Source of the DNA: Octopus sinensis
Taxonomy: Eukaryota
DNA: 64,000 bases
Direction: 5' to 3'
Assembly (NCBI RefSeq): GCF_006345805.1
Contig: NC_043007.1
Location: 4,588,001-4,652,000, forward strand
How positions within the stretch are numbered: the stretch's first letter is position 1; every line of letters begins with the position of its first letter. A program made the translations under genes and the position numbers. Below, in pieces: positions 52,845-64,000 of the stretch. Below the pieces are notes generated by a model. The model searched no databases. It had not been told where the DNA came from and saw only the letters and a program-made list of their open reading frames with translations.

Positions 52845-53350
52845 TTGGCAGTCTAACATTCTTGTCTGCTTTGATTGTCCCTATGACATCTCTACCTTGG
52901 ATTATCAGTTTAACACACCCCTATTTACATGGATTATTCTTCTGACACCCTCTTTCTTTAACTATGGCACTGATGTGGATTGTCAGTCTGGGACCCTTTA
53001 CATGGGTTGTCAGTTTGGAACCCTTATTCTTTTTTTATTGTCTCTTTAACATCCATTATCTAATTTTATTGCCAGTTTGATATTCCCATGTGCCTTGGAT
53101 TATCGGGGGTGGGGGGTCTGACACCCTTCGCTACTTGGATTGTGAGCCTGCTACCCTTATCTATTTCTGTTGTCACTCTAACACTCCTCTTTTCTTTGAC
53201 CCCTTATCTACTTGGTAACCCTATCTACAGAGATTGTCAGTCTGATACCCCACTTACTTTGTCAGTGTTTGGTTTGCCTCCCTGCAGCTTGTGGCCCTCA
53301 CCTACATGGATTGTCAGTCTCATATCTTATCTATTAGTCAGTTTGACTCT
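52845..53350 (+). repeat. Degenerate spaced minisatellite, motif acatggattgtcagtctgacaccc
   Basis: About ten diverged copies with variable pyrimidine-rich spacers. Confidence 0.7.
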
Positions 53351-53850
53351 TATTCTTTCATCTTGTCAATATATATTCATGCCTCTATTCTACATTCTCT
53401 CATACAGACTGACGTAGTTTCCTAGCCTCTGCCCTCTTTCTGTTTTGTCCGATTATCTAATTGAAAAGGCCATGGATTTGCAAAAATCATTAAAGCATCA
53501 AATAAAATGCTGTGCAGTATTTAGTTATAGTCCTTTACATTCTGAGTTCAAATCCTTCACTTTTCATCCCTTCAAAGATGGGTTGATAAAATAAGCTGTG
53601 AGTGAAGTACAGGGATAATGCACTTGTTCACCATCTCCATTAGCTCTGTATCTCTTTGCTAGATTGTTATTGATCTTTTGCCAGTCTTTATCAATCCTTT
53701 GGACAGGTCTTGCTGAGTTTCTAGCACCTTGCCTCATCAGGCCAGCCAGGTGGTAGGGCCAGTTTAATTGCTGACCACGTAACAGGTTGTACAGGATTAC
53801 ATGTGGCCAGTGACATGCAGAGTGAGCTGACAATATACAGATATATATGT

Positions 53851-53888
<38 letters not shown>

Positions 53889-54173
53889 TTTGTAGTGTAG
53901 GAGTTGTAAAGTATTTAAGAATATATTTCTCACAGGGCAACCATCACCTGATACAGAAATCAATATACTTGCCAAAGAGGACAGGCATATTTATTGTTAT
54001 ATCAAAAGTAGTCTGCTCTGAACCTCACCCTTGGCTGCGTGGTTCTCAACTGTGGAGAACAAAATCAGATTTGCAGCTTTTATGGGATTGGGTGAATGTT
54101 AGATGAGTCCCAGTGAGTGGAGCGTTAAATGTTTTCAAGTCTTAATTAAAAGATGTAGGGGTTACATTAGAAT

Positions 54174-54376
54174 CTTTTCTACTCTAGGCACAAGGCCCTA
54201 AATTTTGGGGGAGAGGGGTCAGTCAATTAGATTGACCCCCAGTATACAACTGGTACTTAATTTATCGACCCCGAAAGGATGAAAGGCAAAGTCGACCTCA
54301 GCAGAATTTGAACTCAGATGAAATACCACTAGGCATTTCACCTGGCATGCTAACGTTCTTGCCAGCTTGCCACCTT
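54174..54376 (-). mobile_element. SINE family A with TSD gggttacatta
   Basis: Family core plus a flanking direct repeat at ~54159 and 54377. Confidence 0.85.
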
Positions 54377-54414
54377 GGGTTACATTAAAATTTACTGATA
54401 ATGTGTGTATAATA

Positions 54415-54606
54415 CACTAATTCCTCACCTATCGCGCACTCAGTACATCACAGATTTTTCTGGCTAATAGATGTAAATTCTTGTCCCAGAATCCTCAGTA
54501 CATCACAGATTTTTGCAGCTGATAGTTATTTATATTTTTTTTAGGTTTTATTCATTTTTGTGGGAAGTTTTGGAACATAACACCCACGATAGTCGAGGGA
54601 TTACTG
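54415..54606. mobile_element. pogo/Tigger-type MITE
   Basis: TIR cactaattcctcacctatcgcg / cacgatagtcgagggattactg after a TA dinucleotide. Confidence 0.7.
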
Positions 54607-54629
54607 TGTGTGTGTGTATATATATATAT

Positions 54630-54997
54630 ATGTGCTGGTGACACGTGAAAAGCACTATTCGAGTGTGATCGTTGCCTGTGTTACCTTACCGGCACGTGCT
54701 GGTGGCACATGAAAAACAACATTCGAACGTGGTTGTTATCAGTGCCACCAAACTGGCTCCCATGCAGGTAGCACATAAAAACACTTTTTGAGTGTGGTCG
54801 TTGCCAGAACCACTTGACTGGCCCTCATGCTGGTGGCACGTAGAAAGCACCCACTGCACTCTTGGAGTGGTTGGCGTTAGGAAGGGCATCCAGCTGTAGA
54901 AACTTTGCCAGATCAGATTGAACCTGGTGTAGCCTCTGGCTCACCAGTCCTCAGTCAAACCGTCCAACCCATGCCAGCATGGAAAGCGGATGATAAT
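54630..54997 (+). mobile_element. RTE LINE 3' UTR with internal tandem units
   Basis: Repeated gctggtggcacgt(g)aaaa..tcgagtgtg units, then the conserved 3' tail. Confidence 0.8.
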
Positions 54998-57611
54998 GAT
55001 ATATACATATACTCATGTATATTTATGCAAATACAATCTCTTATGCACACATTCTCTCACTCCCTCTGTAATCCATCCAACTTTGAATTCAATCTCTTAC
55101 ACACTCTTCCATACGTTCATCTGGATGGTCATGGAAGAGGCGGGTATAGGAAGGCCCATAATATACAGGGTGGCCCAAAAGTAGCTTTACAGTTACTTGA
55201 CTGTCTTTTTCACAGTCATATATTAACAATTTAGATCTTAATTATGAAAAAAAAAAAATGAAACCATTATTCTCTGCTAATTTAGTTAATTTTGTCAAGT
55301 TCCCTTTTCAGTTTGTAAGATAGGAATTTAAATGTAATAAAATGTTTTAAAAGAAATTTCAAACCCTATCACAACAGACCAATGGAAGGGGCCTCTATCA
55401 TGCCATTTCTTTACCTGCCAGATCAGATTACCTTACTCTGATGGGATGGTCATGGTTGGAACAGTTTTGGTTGTAAGCCTTGCTGGACCAGGCTAACATC
55501 AGGATAAACTACAACATCATAAACAGTAGCCCTTGTGAGTAACAGTAGTATTGGCCAATGTGGGGGGAGTGGTGGTCGTGGTAGGTAGGTAGGTAGGAAG
55601 GGTGGGTTGGTGGGTGTGGGTGGTGATGATTACAGCTGCCACCAAGTAGTAGTTCTAATGTGGTGCCACTCTCGGTCTGCACCACTCTTATGTCATGTCA
55701 GATCATGTCATGTCATGTCAGTTCACATCGTGTGTGTGTGTGTGTGTGTGTGCTGGTTCATATTTAATGTATGTCCCTTTTTATTTATGTTTTTCCACCC
55801 CCCAAAGTTACTCCCTCCAACTCCCTCAAGTCTTAAATTATGTGAGTGATTTACAAGTGTTCCTACATACAACAAGTCTATCAAACTTACCCCCACCCTC
55901 GCCACTGCCTTTCCCCCTTCACTCCCTATTGTCAACAAAGTCATTTTATTTTTTCTAAGGGAATATTTTTTTTTTACTTTCTCCTTCCCCCCCCCAATCT
56001 TTCTACCAATTTATGACTAACGCGAAAGCAGGTAAGTAGCGGTAAGTTTAAATATTGGTTTTTTGATTACAAAGCAAAAAATGTTTTAGGGGGGTGGTCA
56101 GTTTGGATTAATTTCGACTACCTCAAGTTATCCAGTTATTTTATTCTTATTTACTCAATACAATTTTTTATCACCATCACAGGGATTTGAACTCATGACC
56201 ACAAGGAACACAGTTAAATAGTATAAGGCATTTAGTCAGACACCTGACTGTCTCATGCCCCCTCTGAGTGAGTTAGGAAGTAAATATAGTCATTATAATG
56301 TTTAAATATCGGAGATTTTATTTGATACATACATAAGTAATTAAAGTCAAATATCATAATTGAAATTCCAGTTAATTACTGAATCATTTAGCTGAGAACG
56401 AAGGCCAATTTATTACAGATAGAAACTTCAAATAAAGGGAAACCCCTGGTGGAATTTGAAATCAGAAACTCAGTTTTATGGGAAATTATCATAACTATCT
56501 ACACACCACCGTTTTAGTTGTTAAATATTATAATTATGATAATATATACCTTTTATAGTTAACATATAAATGTTAATTTGCATATTTTTTTGTCTTTTTC
56601 GCTATTAGCATCATCATGCAAATGGCTTAAATCTCCTTTCACTTTCAAAGCAGGGAAATGTTAACACATTCACACACACACATATATACACACATACACA
56701 AACATACACACACACACACACACACAAAAACAAACACACACACACAAACACACATGCACCCCTCCCAGACATTTATGTATGTATTCATATATATATATAC
56801 ACTCACATACATACATATGTGTGTGTGTGCATGCTCATATATCACCTATATATAGTTATATATATACACACACACACAGACACGGAATACACAGACACGT
56901 GATTGCAAACAGAACTAATGGAAACATAGACGAAGCATAAAACACTAACGAGAAGGTTAATAGCCCTGAAATTTTAAATTATTATCATGAATAACTCATC
57001 TAAACTATTTAAGCATGTAATATTGGAATAATTTATATGTAGATATTATTGTTATTTAATAAATAATTGCCAGCACAGAGAGAAGTTAGCTTCTGGCAAA
57101 CTGAGTCTACAGACCATTCCATTCCTCGTTAGAGCTACGTTGCTCTTCGTGAAATGAGAACACTCTTAAGGAATAAATGTCTCAGTGTTTCAGTTGCCAT
57201 TTCCTTAGAAATCTTAGCCTGAGCTGCTAATCGTGTGAAGACTGATTTCTTTTGAAACGGTATCAAACCTGCCAACATCGGCACCATCTGCAGATTATTT
57301 CCCTCTTTTCATTTTTTGCTATGTTGAAGGAACATATTTCATTGAATCAACGACCAAACTTTGTTAATTTCTAAAGTTATGGGTATTAATTACTGGTACT
57401 TCTTAATTGAGTGGCTTCTATAGTGTAGAAGCAAATTAAGGCCTTGTATAAAGTAACATTTGGAATCCAAGGACACTGGCAGTGGTCTGCATCATCAAAT
57501 TCCAATCCATAAATGTTTATGAAAGAAAGGAAAAATTGTAGTGAGCCAATTTACCGTAAGGAATAAAAAATCCAGTGTTTTGGGCACTTGTCCATGTTTA
57601 GTAAGAAAGAA

Positions 57612-57868
57612 GACGGCGAGCTGGCAGAAACGTTAGCACACCGGGCGAGATGCTTAGCGGTATTTCGTCTGCTGTTACATTCTGAGTTCAAATTCCACCG
57701 AGGTCGACTTTGCCTTTCATCCTTTCAGAGTCGATTAAATAAGTACCAGTTACGCACTGGGGTCGATATAATCGACTTAATCCATTTGTCTGTCCTTGTT
57801 TGTCCTCTCTGTGTTTAGCTCTGTGTTTAATCCATTTGTCCTCTCTGTGTTTAGCAGTAAAGAAATAA
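57612..57868 (+). mobile_element. SINE family A with a locally duplicated tail
   Basis: gacggcgagctggcagaaacgttagc..gtcgactttgcctttcatcc. Confidence 0.88.
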
Positions 57869-58261
57869 GGAAGAATATAGATCCTGATAGCATGGCTGTC
57901 TTTCAGTGACCATTATACATCATCCTTTACCCTTTTTTGTGTGCCCAGTGAAAACAGGGAAAGAGGGTAAATTAGATTGTGTGAAAAAAGGATGAGGCAG
58001 ACTCCTGTCTGTGGTAACATTTGGATTTTGTAGCATATTCTGTTCCTGGGTATAAGAAGGTTGATGACTGAATTACATTCATTTGTGATTTAAAAGTCCT
58101 CCACACACACACACACGACAGTCAAGTGGCAGAATTGTTAGAGTGTTGGATTCAGTGCTGTACAGTATTCATTCCGAGACTCTGAAACTTGAGTTCAAAT
58201 CCCATTGCAGTGCACTTTACTTTTCATAAATTAAGTACCAGTTAAAAACTGAGGTCACTTC

Positions 58262-58295
<34 letters not shown>

Positions 58296-58480
58296 CTCAT
58301 ACATTTTATCTCAGTTGTGTTCATAGTTGGAGCGGAATGAGATCCACCACTTTAAAATGCCCAAGCCATACCATGTACCACAACTACTCTACAATTCCAT
58401 GAGAGTTTGAGGCCCCTACACTCACTTCTATTCATCTTCTTGAACCTTGAGTGCACAGTCTAATACCTCATCATTACTAT

Positions 58481-58909
58481 AGTAAAGATTGTTTGCCAAC
58501 ATAACATGGCAGTCCTGGTTTAGGATGAATGTTGCTGTAATTTAGTCCCAGGCGACAACGTGAGATATTCAGCAACAGTACTTTGGAGTAAAGATTATTT
58601 GCCAACATAACATGGCAGTCCTGGTTTAGGACAAATGTTGCTGTAATTTAGTCCCAGGAGACATCGTCTCCATCTGGCTATACAACACGATCTGTGTTCT
58701 TATATTTTCAAACAAGGGAATCTAGTACCCCAACTCAGCTCAAAACTAGATTCCCTTGTTCGAAAATATAAGGATAGAGATCATGCCGTATAGCCAGCTG
58801 GAGACGATGTCTCCTGGGGCTAAATTACAGCAACATTCGTCCTAAACCAGGACTGCCATGTTATGTTGGCAAACAATCTTTACTTCAAAGAACTGTTGCT
58901 GAATATCTC
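58481..58909. repeat. 165-bp inverted repeat (58562-58726 / 58745-58909) preceded by an 80-bp direct copy
   Basis: Arms align with scattered substitutions; 18-nt loop. Confidence 0.9.
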
Positions 58910-59982
58910 TCATTGTGAGATTTACAAATAGTAATTTTCTCATCATTATTTCAACACAATGTCTCCCATCCTTATTAAATAAATGTGAGATAACCTTATA
59001 ATTCCTCTGCAGTAAGAAAACTGCTCCAGTCATTTCTTTCATACTTTAACCTCTTGACCCCTCTCATAAATGCACCTACCTTTCTACTATACTCCCACTC
59101 AGTTCAGGGGGCTCCTTAATCTTGTGAGTTACATGATGACCCCACTGGTGCTGGTGCCATGTAAAAAAAAAAGGTGCCCAGTACACTCTGTAAAGTGGAT
59201 AAGGTTAGGAAAGGCATCCATCGGTAGAAACCATCTCAAAGCAGACAATAGAGCATGGTTGGTCTTCTGGCTCATTAAATTCTTTGAATATCCAACCCCT
59301 GCCAACACAGAAGATGGATACTAACTGACAATGAGGATGGTGATGAAATATATATATATAGCAAAGAAGATTAGGTTATGAGCACCCAGTAGGATATGAG
59401 CCCATGTCTCCTTGTTTATGTCTGCCTGTAAATACCTCTATATTATGGGAAAATATATATTGGGAATCATATCAATGTATTCAAAAAATATATATTTAAT
59501 GTCACAGTAAAAACAGACCCTGTAGTTAAAAACCAGCAAGCTCTCAGAGGTTTGTGATAATAATGAAAGCAGTTAGTTTCAGTTTACTTAAGACTCATCA
59601 GATAACGGCTACTCCTGCTTTCTAAATTGTCGAAAGAAAGTAAACAAGATCTTGAGTGGGAAGAATCATTTGTTTAGTGATACAAGGTTGACCGTTGTCT
59701 GTTAATGGCTGAAGGACAAAGACAGTGAGATTGCAATCATAACATGGATAGGATTCTGTATACATGTAGTATATGACTCCTATAGTTTGCCACATGTCTA
59801 CATGTCAGCATTTAGAAGAGTTTACATATTGATTAAGGTTAAAAACATTTGTTGATGGTACTGGACATACACCACTTAGAGTAAAACGAAACCCTTTCAG
59901 ATCAATATAGATTAATATATATATCATATGTAGAAGAGATTAAGGCAAGGAAATCATTTTGGACTGAATAGAATAGTATCAT

Positions 59983-60327
59983 TGTGGCACTCCATCAGTT
60001 GCGACAATGAGGGTTCCAGTTGATCCGATCAACAGAACAGCCTGCTCTTGTAATTAACGTGCAAGTGGCTGAGCACTCCACAGACATGTGTACCCCTTAA
60101 CGTAATTCTCGGGGAGATTCAGCGTGACACAGTGACAAGGCTGGCCCTTTGAAATACAGGTACAACAGAAACAGGAAGAAAGATTGGTGAAAGAATACAG
60201 CAGGGTTTACCACCACCACCTGGGGCCTCGTGGAGCTTTTATGTGTTTTCAGTCAATAAACACTCAGTCTGGGAATCGAAACTGCGATCCTATGACTGCG
60301 AGTCCACTGCCCTAACCACTAAGCCAT
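59983..60327 (-). mobile_element. tRNA-derived SINE family C
   Basis: Minus-strand head atggcttagtggttagggcagtggactcgcagtc..gtttcgattcccag; body matches 3535-3778. Confidence 0.82.
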
Positions 60328-60714
60328 ATAGATTAAGTGAGAGACAATTGTGCTGGTATGTAAATAGTAAGGTGTATAATACTAGATTGAATGGTAATAC
60401 TATTTACTTACATGCGAGTAACTATAGTAATGGACTAGAAATGTAGTTTTACTTGCAAATGCTCTTTAAACAACCGAATGCTATTCTGTGAATATAATAA
60501 GATCATAGAAATGTTAAAACAAAAAAGAAGAAGACAGACTGGCTGTTTAGACAAGAAGCAGTAAAACAACCAGTCCTAGTACTGGGATCGCATTGGTATG
60601 GAATAAAATACTGCACGAGATTGGTAGTGACTGCCATTCTTTCCATTCTCTAACTGAAGAATTACTCTTGTAGTGATGCCTAGCATTTATTAAGGAATAG
60701 TGATACACACACAC

Positions 60715-60747
<33 letters not shown>

Positions 60748-60781
60748 CAGACAGACAGCCAAACAAGTAGACTGATCAATT

Positions 60782-60815
<34 letters not shown>

Positions 60816-61717
60816 CAGAAAGATAGGTAGCTAGATGGCTAGATAGAGAGTTAGACAGACAGACCAATTAATTTATATATATATATATATATATATACAT
60901 ACACACACACACACACACATATATATAGATAGATTGAGAGAGAGATTAGGAGTAGCTTTTCGTTCAATACCCAACTTGGCTCTGATTCAGGGCTGACTTG
61001 GATATTAAACAAAAGCATTCCAGCTATGACCATCCCATCTTTTCCTTCACTTTGTAGTGGATAAGGACTGCTATAACCCACTGTACTTTTTTTTTTCTAA
61101 ATTGTAGAACATTATTTGTGAAACATTTGGCTGCTATTTCTAACAGATCAAGTGACCACAAATAGGTTTCCTCGTTCCCTCATCTAGAATATAGTTGTGG
61201 GAACAACACAGATCGTTAGAGTGAATAAAACAAAGAATAATCGTAAATCCCTTTCTCAAGAAAAAGATTTGAATAAACCCCAAGATTACTGCTTAGCATT
61301 GTCTATGTCAATGGGTCCAGCACAACAAAGAATTATTGTTGAAAAAAGCATGGGGCTTAGAGAAAGATTTATTGATATATATTCTGCAATGGAAGGGTTT
61401 ATCAAAAGGTTTAAAATAATAGCAATTATTATTATTTGTGTGTGTAGGTTTTGAACAAGTAAGATTTGTAAAATATTTCTGTGCCAAATACAGTTGAAAG
61501 CCTTGTTGATTGGAAGGGAGACAACTCTGCTTTTACCAATATTATTTGGGACATGAAATCACTTTTGGGTCCAAACCCTTAGAAATTACATCTTCACTAT
61601 TTTGATGGGCTGCAACTTTACAGAGAATGCTTATCACTTTCTGCCTTTCTCTCTCGCTACATATATCATCATATTATATAATACTGTACACTTTGGATTA
61701 TATATATATATATATAT

Positions 61718-61909
61718 AATTAAATAAGGGTAGAAATTGATATTAATTAAAACCAGTGCCAAGCATATTTTTTAAAAAACTGAAGATTAAAATTTTTTTA
61801 CATACAAAATTTAGAGGACTGACCACTAAAAAAATGGACAGCCTAACATCTATATCTAGCATATAGGCTGTCCATTTTTTTTTAGTGGTCAGTCCTCTAA
61901 ATTTTGTAT
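61718..61909. mobile_element. (TA)n-flanked fold-back element related to 30048-30522
   Basis: Arms 61802-61845 and 61864-61909; shares aaaaccagt..agcatat..accacta..ggacagcc with the 30048 element. Confidence 0.72.
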
Positions 61910-62104
61910 ATATACACACACACACATATATAGATAAGTGTGGGAGAAAAAGCAGGGGATAGATAGAACTTATTACATTAGTTTTCAACGCTTGATTATA
62001 AATATCTTGTAATTTAAAACCAGCAGAAGTTACAAACTGACTCAAGGATTCAGAGTTTCATACATAACACTTACAGTGTGTGTGTGGGGACACACAGACA
62101 CATA

Positions 62105-62337
62105 TATTTCTTTACTACCCACAAGGGGCTAAACACAGAGAGGACAAACAAGGACAGACAAACGGATCAAGTCAATTATATCGACCCCAGTGCGTAACTG
62201 GTACTTAATTTATCGACCCCGAAAGGATGAAAGGCAAAGTCAACCTCGGCGGAATTTGAACTCAGAACATAGTGGCATACAAAATATTGCAAAGCATTTC
62301 GCCCGGCCTGCTAACGTTTCTGCCAGCTTGCCGCCTT
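62105..62337 (-). mobile_element. Full-length SINE family A
   Basis: Near-identical to 7135-7367. Confidence 0.9.
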
Positions 62338-64000
62338 ATACAGACACACATATATTGAATGAAATATAAATTGCTGCCTCTGTTTTTGTTTGTTATTCTA
62401 TTTTGTTTTTTGGTGGGTGGGATGGGGGTCAATCAAGCTGAAAGGTGAAGCTCATAGTCTGTAATGTGTGTTGGTGGGGTAGGTATGTGTTTTCATTTTC
62501 ATTTTCGTCTACAGTTTATATGTAGAAACATCCATTAGCCAAATTGTTATTTAAGCACAAATAATGCATTTACTTTTACAAAGAAAAGCTTGTCAGTGGA
62601 CATCAAAATTGCAACTCAGTTGCTTTTGTCAGACTCTCAAATGAGGATAACTGAGCTGAAACTTCAAAGTCACTATCAACAATTTCCTAGTAAAAATGTG
62701 TCTGTGTGTATTTGAACCTACTTGTATGTGTATCTTTATATTAGTGTTGGGAATCTCAAATCTTGATGTTCTTATATTTGCAGATATTACAGTTGCTTTG
62801 GCCCTAATTCTCCGCCAAAAGAAGCAGGAGATTCTGTCAACCAAGATGAAATTTATCATGACACAGCCATTAATTGGGGACCTGGTCTCTTCTGGCGCTT
62901 AGATATTGCCATCCCTCTAGCACCATTTGAAATCAGTTTTTCAAAATGGCATGGCAACTAATAAGCTGTCAAGTGAATTCCAAAACTTTTGAAGACAAAT
63001 AATCCGAATGGAAAGGTATTTGTGTCTATTTGCTCATTTTTTTCCTGTAAAATTTATTCCTTGAAATAAAATTTCAGTTTATTCAAAAGAGGATTTACTT
63101 GTGTCTCTTATTGTGATTCTTTGGTTTCCATCAAACTATTACAAATACGTCCTTATAAATGAAACCTCCCCAATACTAAATAGGAAATATACACAATAAA
63201 TACCATTCCTCCTTAACCACAGTTTACACAGGTAGAGTAGAATAGTTAGTGGACTGTTAGGTAGATAAATGGATCAATGTATGTAGGTATGTGGGTGTGA
63301 GTGTGTGTGTATGCACTTTTCTTTTTTTTGTTTTATGTATGTAAGCATATAGATATGAAAATAACCAGATCAAGATACAGACGGATAGGTACATAGGTGA
63401 CAAGAACAGACACATATGGAGACACGGATTCACACATATAAAGATGCACATCCATACATACAAACATGGTACATAGTTGCATAACACACACACAAGGAGA
63501 CAGAGGTGCATACATACACACACACACATGCTTACACACACATACATAGAAAATACACAAACATGGACATGCAATCACATAAATATGCAGGATACGTACA
63601 TACAGATGCACACACATACATATATACATATGCATACACACACATATATACATACACATGCAAACACACACATACATACGTACATGCATGCATGTATAGG
63701 CATACACACTGATCCACACACATGCGCACAAACAAACAAAAGGAAACGCCGTGTAAATAACGGACAGAGTCAAAACTATTGAAAAGGTTGCAAGACGCAA
63801 CGAAAATTTTAGGACAATAAAAAAAATAAGAAAAAAGTGGAAATTTTACCGGTGAGTGTGTTAAATAATAAGGCACAAAAAGAAAATGACTCTCCCCAGA
63901 AACAACAGAGTATGCTTCAACACACGAACTCATATAAAGAATCTTGCAAACCAAATCCAAAAACGAAATATTACAAGTCAGAAATACATTATTTACATTT

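Noticed and set aside
53705-53745. Minus-strand CTGATGA GGCA-agg-TGCT A GAAACTCAGCA
   Set aside because: Hammerhead-like but lacks NUH and stem I pairing; a decayed copy cannot be excluded.
55164-55195. TA-CAGGGTGGCCCAAAA, Tc1/mariner TIR-like
   Set aside because: No partner TIR or transposase found; too short to call.
63257-63960. Cys/Val/His-rich ORFs
   Set aside because: Degenerate (CA)n/(CATA)n tract.

Overview
AT-rich, microsatellite-dense animal genomic DNA, intergenic or intronic. The SINE and LINE families look like those of an octopus (coleoid cephalopod); this is my inference from recognising the repeats. No intact host protein-coding gene is supportable, and most track ORFs are microsatellite translations. 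Recognisable protein homology is limited to decayed RTE-clade LINE reverse transcriptase fragments and a broken mariner transposase. Also present are several tRNA-derived SINE families, a non-autonomous Helitron, and piggyBac-, hAT- and pogo-type MITEs. The main signal is a dense set of minimal type-I hammerhead ribozyme (HHR) motifs (CTGAnGA-stem II-GAAA-palindromic stem III-NUH) from at least five distinct sequence families. The commonest family joins a tRNA-Arg-like Pol III head, an (AAT)n linker and an HHR. It inserts as head-to-head palindromes with a one-sided ~30-nt tail, which is the architecture of Penelope-like element (PLE) pseudo-LTRs. The window also has many local fold-back duplications and a few weak candidate exons.
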